Assembly (NCBI GenBank): GCA_964016885.1
Contig: OZ024743.1
Location: forward strand, 89,032,001-89,096,000
DNA from: Eledone cirrhosa
Taxonomy: Eukaryota
DNA: 64,000 nt
Direction: 5' to 3'
The notes under the pieces were generated by a model. The model saw only the letters and a list, made by a program, of their open reading frames with translations, had not been told where the DNA came from and did no database searches. Position numbers and translations under genes: made by a program. Positions 40,601-52,695 of this stretch are shown piece by piece (within the stretch, counting starts at the first letter, position 1; every line of letters begins with the position of its first letter).

Positions 40601-43600
40601 AGACCTACATTGGTATCTAATAACCAATAGTAAGTCTTGACAGACCTACAATGGTATCTAATAACCAATAGTAAGTCTTGACAGACCTACATTGGTATCT
40701 AATAACCAATAGTAAGTCTTGACAGACCTACAATGGTATCTAATAACCAATAGTAAGTCTTGACAGACCTACATTGGTATCTAATAACCAATAGTAAGTC
40801 TTGACAGACCTACATTGGTATCTAATAACCAATAGTAAGTCATGATAGATATAGAAAGGTATCTAATAACCAATAGTAAGTCTTGACAGACCTACAATGG
40901 TATCTAATAACCAGTAGTAAGTCTTGATAGATATAGAAAGGTATCTAATAATCAATAGTAAGTCTTGATAGACCTACAATGGTATCTAATAACCAATAGT
41001 AAGTCATGATAGACCTACAATGGTATCTAATAATCAATAGTAAGTCTTGATAGATATAGAAAGGTATCTAATAACCAATAGTAAGTCTTGATAGATATAG
41101 AAAGGTATCTAATAATCAATAGTAAGTCTTGATAGATATAGAAAGGTATCTAATAACCAATAGTAAGTCTTGATAGATATAGAAAGGTATCTAATAACCA
41201 ATAGTAAGTCATGATAGATATAGAAAGGTATCTAATAATCAATAGTAAGTCATGATAGACCTACAATGATATCAAATAATCAATAGTAAGTCATGATAGA
41301 CCTACAATGGTATCTAATAATCAATAGTAAGTCATGATAGACCTACAATGGTATCTAATAATCAATAGTAAGTTTTGATAGATATAGAAAGGTATCTAAT
41401 AACCAATAGTAAGTCTTGACAGACCTACATTGGTATCTAATAACCAATAGTAAGTCTTGACAGACCTACAATGGTATCTAATAACCAATAGTAAGTCTTG
41501 ATAGATATAGAAAGGTATCTAATAACCAATAGTAAGTCATGATAGATATAGAAAGGTATCTAATAACCAATAGTAAGTCTTGACAGACCTACATTGGTAT
41601 CTAATAACCAATAGTAAGTCTTGACAGACCTACAATGGTATCTAATAACCAATAGTAAGTCTTGATAGATATAGAAAGGTATCTAATAATCAATAGTAAG
41701 TCTTGATAGATATAGAAAGGTATCCAATAACCAATAGTAAGTCTTGATAGATATAGAAAGGTATCTAATAATCAATAGTAAGTCTTGATAGATATAGAAA
41801 GGTATCTAATAACCAATAGTAAGTCTTGATAGATATAGAAAGGTATCTAATAACCAATAGTAAGTCATGATAGATATAGAAAGGTATCTAATAATCAATA
41901 GTAAGACTGGACAGACCTACATTGGTATCTAATAACCAATAGTAAGTCTTGACAGACCTACAATGGTATCTAATAACCAATAGTAAGTCTTCATAGATAT
42001 AGAAAGGTATCTAATAACCAATAGTAAGTCTTGATAGATATAGAAAGGTATCTAATAACCAATAGTAAGTAATGATAGATATAGAAAGGTATCTAATAAC
42101 CAATAGGAAGTCTTGATAGATATAGAAAGGTATCTAATAATCAATAGTAAGTCTTGATAGATATAGAAAGGTATCTAATAACCAATAGTAAGTCATGATA
42201 GATATAGAAAGGTATCTAATAACCAATAGTAAGTCTTGATAGATATAGAAAGGTATCTAATAACCAATAGTAAGTCTTGACAGACCTACAATGGTATCTA
42301 ATAACCAATAGTAAGTGTTGATAGATATAGAAAGGTATCTAATAACCAATAGTAAGTCATGATAGATATAGAAAGGTATCTAATAATCAATAGTAAGTCA
42401 TGATAGACCTACAATGGTATCAAATAATCAATAGTAAGTCATGATAGACCTACAATGGTATCTAATAATCAATAGTAAGTTTTGATAGATATAGAAAGGT
42501 ATCTAATAATCAATAGTATGTCATGATAGACCTACAATGGTATCTAATAACCAATAGTAAGTCTTGACAGACCTACAATGGTATCTAATAACCAATAGTA
42601 AGTCTTGACAGACCTACATTGGTATCTAATAACCAATAGTAAGTCTTGACAGACCTACATTGGTATCTAATAACCAATAGTAAGTCATGATAGATATAGA
42701 AAGGTATCTAATAACCAATAGTAAGTCTTGACAGACCTACAATGGTATCTAATAACCAGTAGTAAGTCTTGATAGATATAGAAAGGTATCTAATAATCAA
42801 TAGTAAGTCTTGATAGACCTACAATGGTATCTAATAACCAATAGTAAGTCATGATAGACCTACAATGGTATCTAATAATCAATAGTAAGTCTTGATAGAT
42901 ATAGAAAGGTATCTAATAACCAATAGTAAGTCTTGATAGATATAGAAAGGTATCTAATAATCAATAGTAAGTCTTGATAGATATAGAAAGGTATCTAATA
43001 ACCAATAGTAAGTCTTGACAGACCTACAATGGTATCTAATAACCAATAGTAAGTCTTGATAGATATAGAAAGGTATCTAATAACCAATAGTAAGTCATGA
43101 TAGATATAGAAAGGTATCTAATAATCAATAGTAAGTCATGATAGACCTACAATGATATCAAATAATCAATAGTAAGTCATGATAGACCTACAATGGTATC
43201 TAATAATCAATAGTAAGTCATGATAGACCTACAATGGTATCTAATAATCAATAGTAAGTTTTGATAGATATAGAAAGGTATCTAATAACCAATAGTAAGT
43301 CTTGACAGACCTACATTGGTATCTAATAACCAATAGTAAGTCTTGACAGACCTACAATGGTATCTAATAACCAATAGTAAGTCTTGATAGATATAGAAAG
43401 GTATCTAATAACCAATAGTAAGTCATGATAGATATAGAAAGGTATCTAATAACCAATAGTAAGTCTTGACAGACCTACATTGGTATCTAATAACCAATAG
43501 TAATTCATGACAGACCTACATTGGTATCTAATAACCAATAGTAAGTCATGATAGATATAGAAAGGGATCTAATAATCAATAGTATGTCTTGATAGATATA

Positions 43601-44272
43601 GAAAGGTATCTAATAACCAATAGTAAGTCATGATAGATATAGAAAGGTATCTAATAACCAATAGTAAGTCTTGTCAGACCTACAATGGTATCTAATAACC
43701 AATAGTAAGTCTTGATAGATATAGAAAGGTATCTAATAATCAATAGTAAGTCTTGATAGATATAGAAAGGTATCCAATAACCAATAGTAAGTCTTGATAG
43801 ATATAGAAAGGTATCTAATAATCAATAGTAAGTCTTGATAGATATAGAAAGGTATCTAATAACCAATAGTAAGTCTTGACAAACCTACAATGGTATTTAA
43901 TAACCAATAGTAAGTATTGACAGACCTACATTGGTATCTAATAACCAATAGTAAGTCATGACAGACCTACATTGGTATCTAATAACCAATAGTAAGTCAT
44001 GACAGACCTACATTGGTATCTAATAACCAATAGTAAGTCATGATAGACCTACATTGGTATCTAATAACCAATAGTAAGTCATGATAGACCTACATTGGTA
44101 TCTAATAACCAATAGTAAGTCATGATAGACCTACATTGGTATCTAATAACCAATAGTAAGTCATGATAGACCTACATTGGTATCTAATAACCAATAGTAA
44201 GTCATGATAGACCTACATTGGTATCTAATAACCAATAGTAAGTCATGATAGACCTACATTGGTATCTAATAA
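22656..44272. repeat. Intronic 41-bp satellite array, ~527 units, two major unit types with higher-order duplications
   Basis: Unit AATAGTAAGTC(T/A)TGA(T/C)A-[GATATAGAAAG or GACCTACA(A/T)TG]-GTATCTAATAA(C/T)C; 41-bp period measured at 22681 to 22722; continuous to 44272. Confidence 0.98.
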
Positions 44273-44428
44273 ACAACAAAACAAAAGCAAGAGTAAAGAA
44301 AAGTAAAACTGGTTAGTTGATCCATGAAAATATTGCAACTCCAACATTGGCAGCTCCTTTAAAACCTGTTACAAAATGCCCCCACCCTCTCTCCTAAGAG
44401 TTGTACATATGTACACATTTATACATAT

Positions 44429-45035
44429 ATCATCATCATCATCATCATCGTCGTTTAATGTCCATCTTCCACGCTAGCATGGGTTAGATGGGAATTGTCC
44501 CACTTGAGGCAAGGTTGGTCGGGTGACCGTGTCTCGCTCATATAGGACTATCTGGCAGGTTTTCTATGGCTGGATGCCCTTCCTAACATCAACCACATTT
44601 ACAGTGTGGTACTGGGAATTTTTTACAGTGTTACCTACACGGCCACATTACAGCGTGGACTGTGTGTTTTTTTGTTGTGACACCTACATGATCTCAATCT
44701 CGATCTCATTATCTCATTTATTTGGACTGGATGTTGTGGTACCAACTTTACAGAGAGAGGGTGGTGTTGGTGGGAGTGGGAGGATGGAGGAGGGGTAGTA
44801 GATTGGGGTGTATATTTGGTTAAGAGGTGCCTACTGACTGTAGGTTTTGCTTTGTACATAGGCAAGGCGGGTCTTCTGTATTACTGCATCGCGCCAAAGA
44901 CCTCGGTCCAGTGACATTGTCTTAGAGAGGTGCAAGTGTGTAAGGTCGGAATTTATCAAGTCGTCCCAGGTTTTTCTGGGTCTACCTACTCCGTAACTTC
45001 CATCAATTTTGATCGCCCTGAACTTTTTTATACAT
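44429..45035 (-). mobile_element. RTE-clade LINE 3' fragment
   Basis: Same family as 1-541 in reverse orientation; (ATC)n tail at 44429. Confidence 0.85.
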
Positions 45036-45348
45036 CTTCGCCATTGTCAATCAAGATGTGCCTCACACCACCTGTATTTTTCTACTAACACTGCTACCAT
45101 ATCTCTCATCCTCCATCTTCACCATTGTCAATAAAGATACATCACTCCTCAATATCGCTGTATTTAAATAGCTCCAGAACTCTGCTATTTTAGGGGAGAG
45201 CAAGATTTAAACTATATGTTGACATGCACCAGGAGCTAAATAACCTATGTATCAATTTTGAACAAAATCTGATGGAAATTGTGGAAATGCATCACCTGCA
45301 TACAGTCAGACAGACAAACTTTTTCGTTTATATATATATATATTTATA

Positions 45349-46208
45349 TCCAACATATTGTAGTCGAAGGAGTAAAATCCAGCCCAGCCAAAGTCAGTAG
45401 TGGTGTCCCACAAGGTACTGTATTGGGCCCACTTCTTTTCATTATCTATATTAATGACATTACTGACATCAACAAGCACAGCAGCATAAAAATCTTTGCA
45501 GATGATTCCAAATTCCAGGTCATCAATGGTGTGGGTGACCGGATATGCCTCTAATCTGATCTACTGGCTGTTAACCAATGGGTGGAAAAGAACAATATGC
45601 TGCTGAATGAGGATAAATTTGAGTTAATCCACTTTGGAAAAGAGGAAACCATGAAACTCCCATACTCCGTTCGTTCGGGTGAAACTTTCGTGGTATCCAA
45701 CAACATCAGAAACTTGGGAGTAATTGTGGACAACAGCATAGGCTGGGCCACTCATATAAACAGCAAAGTTGACATGGGCTGCAGAATATGTTCCTGTATC
45801 CTCAGAACTTTCCAGTCGAGAGATATCCACACTTCTCCACTTTTGCTTGACTCCACCTTGAATACTGTTGTCCACTGTGGTCACCCCACACGAAACAAAG
45901 TATCATGAAAATTGAAGCACCTCAAAGGTCAATTATAAAAAAAGATAGATGGTATGACAGGCCTTGACTACTGGGGTCGACTAGAAAATTTCAAACTTTA
46001 TTCTCGCCAATGCCACTGTGAGCGCTACATCATCTGCATGATGTGGAAAATATTCCATCAACATTGCCCAAATGATGTTAACATCACCTGTAAGGTATAC
46101 CCAAGGCTTGGCCCCGTGCTATCCGCCCACAACAAAAGTCACACTCGCATCTCATAACAATATGGCACAATTATTTCACCTCAATTGCCTCTGCTCTCTT
46201 CAACATTC
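45349..46208 (+). mobile_element. 5'-truncated, degenerate CR1/L2-group LINE reverse transcriptase fragment
   Basis: [20 protein letters not shown]...FADDSK (RT motifs), LLNEDKFELIHFG, RNLGVIVD, LDYWGRL; broken by stops and frameshifts. Confidence 0.9.
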
Positions 46209-46261
46209 TAATGATTATGCCAACTTGCATTGAAACACCATATAAGACCAAAAGTACAACA

Positions 46262-46738
46262 TACAAGACCAAAAAGTATGAGAGAGAGATCTGTCAGTTT
46301 ATCTCCCCTGTTTGCTGAAAATCTAAATAAGTGACATTGTCACTATTTTAAAACAATAGCGTATGGTCTTCAAAATGCTTTTAATTAAGCATACAGTATA
46401 TTGCAAAAAACACTATATATACATTCATATATATATCGCTATTTCAGAGCACCAATTCTAATTTTCAATTTCTGCTGGACCGGCAATTGCTCTGTATAAT
46501 CAGTTCCTGATTATTACTGGAATTCTATAAGAATCCAACACACATAATTTTCAGCAAACAGGAGTAGTGAATTTTGATAAGTACCAAAAAGTACGAAACA
46601 GAGCTCTGTCAGTTTATCTCCCCTGTTTGCTGAAAATCTAAATAAGTGACATTGTCACTATTTTAAAACAATAGCGTATGGTCTTCAAAATGCTTTTAAT
46701 TAAGCATACAGTCTATTGCAAAATACACTATATATACA

Positions 46739-46750
<12 letters not shown>
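46262..46750. repeat. Direct duplication of ~165 bp (~46262-46435 and ~46578-46750)
   Basis: tctgtcagtttatctcccctgtttgctgaaa...gcatacagt.tattgcaaaa is repeated almost exactly. Confidence 0.85.
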
Positions 46751-46789
<39 letters not shown>

Positions 46790-46854
46790 GTATATAAAAA
46801 TGCCCAACTCTTGCTAGCAAAAACCTGTTACACAAAGGGTTAAGTTGGGGACTA

Positions 46855-46903
<49 letters not shown>

Positions 46904-47160
46904 TGAAACAGAGTGTATTTCATGAAAAATATTATCCTGAAAGGGTTAAGCCAGGGTCTACCTGTGTATAGCAAATCTGTAACACCATATATAGATACCT
47001 TTATAGGAAGTTGAAATAATTTTCGGTGCTTTAATAATCACAACAAGTTGTTATTAATATCTACATGTGGATTGAGAAATAAAGATGTTTGTAGGAATTA
47101 TCTGTATATATATCATTTTAGTATTTCTTTGATGGAGTAAATTCTCTTCTCTTTACACAG

Positions 47161-47318
47161 TGATTGTACAAATTAAGCTGCACCGCAAAGGTGACAGCCA
47201 CTCTCTGCTGACAGTGAAAAAATTCTTTGCTTGGCATATAGAGAAAGCTTTTCAAGAAAATCCTGGTGAACCAATTGTGATTTTATTTGATATGGATGGT
47301 GCTGGGCTTGCAAATTTG
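47161..47318 (+). CDS. MOSPD2: MOSPD2-like internal exon C (158 bp)
   Basis: ctcttctctttacacag| acceptor and |gtaatt donor, phase 1 to 0; reads (L)IVQIKLHRKGDSHSLLTVKKFFAWHIEKAFQENPGEPIVILFDMDGAGLANL. Confidence 0.93.
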
Positions 47319-47424
47319 GTAATTTAATTTTTTAATCTACAGTTTATATTTTCTGCAACTTCAGATAATTTCATATAATTTTTAGATGACTCTTAGCTTC
47401 GGTCATTATCTGTTATCTATTTTG

Positions 47425-47920
47425 TTGTTGACATCTGTTTAATATCTGTTTTGCTGTCTACATATGGTCAGTATGTTTTGTGATTACTTAAATGTTATCT
47501 GTTTTGCTGTCTACATATGGTCAGTATATGTTTTGTGACTACTTAAATGTTATCTGTTTTGCTGTCTACATATGGTCAGTATATGTTTTGTAACTACTTA
47601 AATGTTATCTGTTTTGCTGTCTACATATGGTCAGTAAATGCTTTGTGACTACCTATATGTTATCTGTTTGTTGTTGTTACCTACATCTGTACAGTATCTG
47701 TTTGTTGTTGTTACCTACATCTGTACAGTATCTATTTGTTGTCTGTCTCAGTACAATATCTGTTTTGATATTGTCTACATCTGTTCAGTATCAATTTTGT
47801 TGCTACATGCATCTGTTACCTGTTTTGCTGCTGCCTACATCTGTTCTGTATTTGTTTTGTTGATATATTATACATCTGTTAACTTTTTGTTGCTGTATAC
47901 ATCTGTTTGGTGTCTGTTTT
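47425..47920. repeat. ~55-bp tandem repeat decaying into ~30-bp subunits
   Basis: gttatctgttttgctgtctacatatggtcagta.atg.tttgtgactact x ~4. Confidence 0.8.
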
Positions 47921-48038
47921 GTTGCCATCTGGTGGTAGTTTGTGTCAATAAGGGGAGGTTTGATTGCTGTTACCACCACCACCACCACTACAACAACAAC
48001 AACAACAACAACAACATGATATTTCAATTTTATTTCAG

Positions 48039-48099
48039 GACATGGACTTCATCAGGTTCTGCATAAACTGTTTCAAATCTAACTACCCATGTATTTTAA
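48039..48099 (+). CDS. MOSPD2: MOSPD2-like internal exon D (61 bp)
   Basis: ttttatttcag| acceptor and |gtaagt donor, phase 0 to 1; reads DMDFIRFCINCFKSNYPCIL, close to vertebrate MOSPD2 DMDFVRFIINCFKVYYP (recalled). Confidence 0.95.
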
Positions 48100-48343
48100 G
48101 TAAGTACTTTTGATCTTAATAACCCTTTAATCATTTCATCTCCTATACATGACTACTGTTTCATATCTATCATCATCATTTTATGTCTGTTTCATGCTGG
48201 CATTGTTTTTGGAAATACAATTTTTTTGATAAATGACTTGATTTGAAACTGTATATAATAAGACTGAAGCAGTTATATTTTAGTTACTAAAAAACATTTT
48301 AGCTACTAAAAAACATTTTAACTTTGAAAAAACTTTTAACTGT

Positions 48344-48528
48344 TTAATCCTTTAGCATTTAAACTGGCTGTAACTGGCCGCTCATGCTGATGTTAAGGTA
48401 TTTTTCTCAAAATAAATAACATCAAAATCTCATAGATTCAATAATATGTGAGATAATTATGTGAGATAAAGCCTTTACCACAAAAATACAATAGTAAATA
48501 TAGAGTAATGTAAATGTTAAAGTGTTAA
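48344..48528. mobile_element. piggyBac-like (TTAA) MITE; related copies at ~22108-22280 and ~22397-22610
   Basis: ttaatcctttagcattta ... taaatgttaaagtgttaa termini; internal ttatgtgagataattatgtgag.taaa.ccttta shared among the three copies. Confidence 0.65.
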
Positions 48529-48799
48529 AAAACATTTTAGCTGTTTAAAAAATATTTTATTTGTTAAAAAATATTTTATCTCTTAGAAAACTCACACAAA
48601 AACTGTTATGTTCACCTTACATCAATTTCCGGGTGTCAAAATTTTCATGGCACTCTTCACAACCTGGTCACTTACAGAATTCCACTGTAACTCAACTGAG
48701 TTACAGTAGAATTGTGTCAGTGAACAGGTCGCAAAGAGTGTGATGGCAATTTTAACACTAGTGATGTTGATGTGATGTTGGAACTCTGTTGCTTTCGAC

Positions 48800-49085
48800 A
48801 ATGAGTGCACAAGTTTGTCAAACAACAGAACAGCTTGCTTGTTAAATTAATTGCAAGTGACTGAGCATTCCACAGACAAATGTACCCCTAATGTAGTTCT
48901 CAGGGAGATTCAGCATGATACAAATGTGTGACAATTACAGGTACAATTCAATTTTGCCAGCTGAGTGGACTGGAGCAACGTGAAATAAAATCTCTTGCTT
49001 AAGGACATAGCACACCACTAGGAATTGAGCTCACCACTTTATAATCATGAGCTGAACATCTTAACTAGTTATCACCTTGTCTTCA
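48800..49085 (-). mobile_element. tRNA-derived SINE related to 1166-1310
   Basis: cagctgagtggactggagcaacgtgaaataaa...cttgcttaagga is the reverse complement of the same central domain. Confidence 0.65.
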
Positions 49086-49245
49086 CTCGTGAAGAATTAT
49101 ATGAAAAGTGAATATAACAATTTTGGGTATATTTTTAAATGGTTAAAATGACTTTCACAATGTAATTGTTTCTCTTTATTGGAGATAAGTTATTTCTGCC
49201 CAGTTCTGTTTAACATGATTCTCCTTTTCTTTGTATTTCTGACAG

Positions 49246-49284
49246 GTTTGATGTTGGTTTATGAAATGCCTTGGATTTTTAATG
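49246..49284 (+). CDS. MOSPD2: MOSPD2-like internal exon E (39 bp)
   Basis: Long polypyrimidine tract plus gacag| acceptor, |gtaagt donor, phase 1 to 1; reads (S)LMLVYEMPWIFN, the CRAL-TRIO PW.F motif. Confidence 0.93.
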
Positions 49285-49527
49285 GTAAGTTACAATATCC
49301 AATTTCAATGTAGTTATATCATGGTTTTGTCATCGTGATCATCACTGTTTAACACCTATCTATTTTCCATGTTTGCATATGTTAAACAGGTAGTCAAGTA
49401 CTGAAGTCTGACTAGTCAGGTGACTATGTCCTGTTCATACACTCCATTTTTGCTTTGGATTCTATGGATGGATGCCCTTCCTATTGTCAACCACTTTACA
49501 GTGTAAACAAGGAGCAATTTATGATGA

Positions 49528-49722
49528 CACCAGTACTACCACCTTATAGGGTGGACTGGGTGCTAGTTTTATCGTGGCACCAGTACTACCACCTTACAGG
49601 GTGGACTGGGTGCTAGTTTTATCGTGGCACCAGTACTACCACCTTACAGGGTGGACTGGGTGCTAGTTTTATCATAGCACCAGTACTACCACCTAACAAG
49701 GTGGACTGGGTACTTTTTATCA
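49528..49722. repeat. 50-bp tandem repeat x4 derived from the SINE/RTE tail
   Basis: caccagtactaccaccttacagggtggactgggtgctagttttatcgtgg, period 50. Confidence 0.88.
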
Positions 49723-49941
49723 TGTCAAAATCTTTTAATGTGATTATATTTTGAACACCACAGAGACAGAGAAAATAATGGTTGGTCTGTTGAGTCATAT
49801 GTCATCTGTTTAACCATTATAGAACTGCAATGCCGATATAGTAATCTTGTAGAGTATATGTATGTATATATACACACACACACATCCACATACATATAAA
49901 CACACCACAGTGCAGAAAAGGTTAAAACATAATCACGTGTA

Positions 49942-50134
49942 ATAATTGTTTCTACTTTTGGCACAAGGCCAGCAATTATACCAGTGTATTACTAGTACTT
50001 TATTTTATCGACCCCGTAAGGATGAAAGGCAAAGTTAACCTCGGCGGGATTTGAACTCAGGCCGTAAAGGGCCGTAACTCTACGCTGCAAAGCATGGCGT
50101 TCGACTCTCTACCGATACTGCCAATCCATCGCCT
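49942..50134 (-). mobile_element. tRNA-derived SINE, full length
   Basis: Same family: ggcgatggattggcagtatcggtagag...gagttcaaatcccgccgagg. Confidence 0.82.
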
Positions 50135-50232
50135 TGGTAATATTGCAAGATGTTTAGGTAAGGGAGATAATTCTACTTGACTTTAATGAAGTTAGCTTAT
50201 CGTATTTTCGAACTGTGAAAGATATCTGCTGT

Positions 50233-51207
50233 TTAACTCTTTTGATACTAAACCGCTCCTAAATCTACGATACAAAGCTATTTATTTAAAAACTTTCCAT
50301 CCTATGTTTATATAAGAAACTTTGTTATTCATTAACATCCTTTAATGAATTTGAAAATATTAAAAATATGTCCTACGATACAAAAAATTGTTATTTATCT
50401 AAATTCTTTCTATCCTATTTTTATATAAGAAATTTCGTTAGCTGTTAACATCTAGTAATGATTTAGTAGAACATATTTAAAATAGGTTTGATAATTCAAA
50501 TTTTTATAGTATCTTTACTCGTGGACAGATCGTTGTGAACATTTACAGAATTAGAGCAAAGACTTTAATTTATAATGTGATGCAGTCATAGTGCTGTTTT
50601 TTACTTTTCAAGAATGTTTTGAATTTCTTTTAACATCCTGTACGACATGAAATCTTAGTATAATTGATTTCATATGGTATAGGATGTTAAGAGTTAATTT
50701 ATGTTCCTAATATCAGAGTAATAATGGTTTCTGATTTTGGCACAAGGCCAACAATTTTAGGGGAGGAGGAAAGTCGATTAAACCTGCTCCAGTGTGTTAC
50801 TGGTACTTTATTTTATCAAACCCGTAAGGATGATAGGCAAAGCTGAACTCAGAACATAAAGGGCCGTAACTCGGTGCCGCAAAGCATATCCAACGGCCAA
50901 CCGATACTGCTTATCAGTGTAATAATTGTTTCTACTATTGGCACAAGGCCAGCAATTATCCCAGTGCAACACTGGTACTTTATTTTATCGACCCCGTAAG
51001 GATGAAAGGCAAAGTTAACCTCGGCGGTATTTGAACTCAGATCATAAAGGGGCGTAACTCTATGCTGCACACCAATGTGTCAGACCCCCTACCGCCAATT
51101 CTAATGAAGGTTTTTACTAAATGCCTCCAAATTCCTGATTATTTTCAAAATGATTTGAAAACCATAGAGAGTGTCTTTCATTAGAAATATGGTAACAAAA
51201 GGGTTAA
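50233..51207. mobile_element. Interrupted piggyBac-like (TTAA) MITE; related interrupted copy at ~14627-15190
   Basis: ttaactcttttgatac ... ggtaacaaaagggttaa termini enclosing an internal ~110-bp duplication, a hairpin and SINEs. Confidence 0.5.
50720..51096 (-). mobile_element. Two further tandem SINE copies nested in a MITE
   Basis: Copies at ~50720-50910 and ~50922-51096. Confidence 0.78.
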
Positions 51208-52314
51208 ACATTATAATAGGGTATCACGTAAAGGGCTCTTAACACCTGATGGCATCAGAATCGACCCCAGTATTTAATTGGTACTTTATTGACTTTGGGA
51301 GGACGAAAGGCAAAGTTGGTGGTGTATATCTTGGGATTGTGTCAGATGACATTGATACCAAGCTGTATCAGCCTTTCTCTTTCTCGTTGACAACATCGGT
51401 AGTGTGGAGAGGAGAGGAGAGTCTGGCAGTCATGGGCGACTGTTGGTCTTCCACAAATAATCTTGCTCGGACTTGTGCCTCGAAGGGGGAACTTTCTAGG
51501 CACAAATCCCATGGTCATTTGTGACTGAAGGGGATCTTTATGTATGAATAAAAGCTTGAGAGTGTTTGAAGAATAGGAGGGAGGGCTGTTTCTGACCCAG
51601 AAAGGAACTTTCCAGGGTCCCTCTCTTAGTCAGTCATAGCTGAAGAGGACGGTGCTTCCGATTTTCTTTGCTATTCTATTGTTTTGTTGTTTGATATGAC
51701 ATTATCACTATTGTTGTTTAGCCCCAAGTCAGCCTTGATTGAGCAGGCCTATATCAAAGTCATGCTCGCCATGATTATCTTGTCTGATTTTTCCAGACAT
51801 AGTATATCTAGGTTTACATTATCTAATGTGTTCATAAGTCAGCAGTGTGTCTCGGTCGAGGGAGCTTTGGCTGCTATTTCTAACATTCTTAACTTTGTTG
51901 GCTTGTATCCTGTCTTCAGCGATGGTGGATGATGTTGTTTAATCCCAGGTCAACCCTGATCAGACAGACCTATAATCAAAGACATTCCAGTCATGACCAC
52001 CTCATATTTTTAGGATATGTAGGAGTCGATTCACCCATTCATCTATTCATGGCTTTTAACTCATGATGGAGTCATAAGCTACCGTTGTGACATACATCAT
52101 TTAAACCTGTCATCTTTGGCATTTAAATTTGGTAGAGCCTACCCATCTCCAGTATGGAACACAGCCGATTTCTTTTAGAGAGGGAGGGAGAGAGAGAGAG
52201 AATCGAGTCCAGTGTTGAACTAGTACTATATTTATCAACTTTAAAAATTGACAGGATTTGAACTTATCTGTCGATGTTTTAACAACTCTGCCACATTACT
52301 GCCATTATTTAATG

Positions 52315-52695
52315 GCCCTTGCCATTCTGAGTTCAAATCCCGCCTTAGCTTTGCCTTACATCCTTATGGGGTCGATAAAATAAAGTACCAGTAATGCACT
52401 GGGTAATTGCTGGCCTTGTGCCAAAATTAGAAACAATTATTTAATGTGTTCTGTCCTTATATAAGACAATAAGGTGTGCTTTTTGAGAGAGATGTAACTG
52501 CTATTTCTGGCAAGTCAAGTGACCATGTAGAAGATGCAGAGAGCCAGAAAAAATACCACAAAGCTTTCTAGTTAACGTTCTAACGACTCTGCTACATTAC
52601 TGTCATTAAAGCACTAGTAACGCACTGGGGTCAATTTAATCGACTTTTCCCTCCCCTAAAATTGTTGGCCCTGTGCCTAAATCAGAAACCATTAT
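52315..52695 (+). mobile_element. Plus-strand partial SINE copies
   Basis: gagttcaaatcccgcc...ggggtcgataaaataaagtaccag...ggccttgtgcc at 52315-52441; 3' half at 52612-52695. Confidence 0.7.

Noticed and set aside
22656-44272. CRISPR-like look (constant repeat plus variable insert)
   Set aside because: The variable block is ~12 bp with only two or three recurring states, not unique spacers; there are no cas genes and the context is a eukaryotic intron.
48030-48060. Minus-strand CTGATGA...GAAA across the exon D acceptor
   Set aside because: Only a 2-bp stem II and no stems I/III; explained by coding and splice-site sequence.
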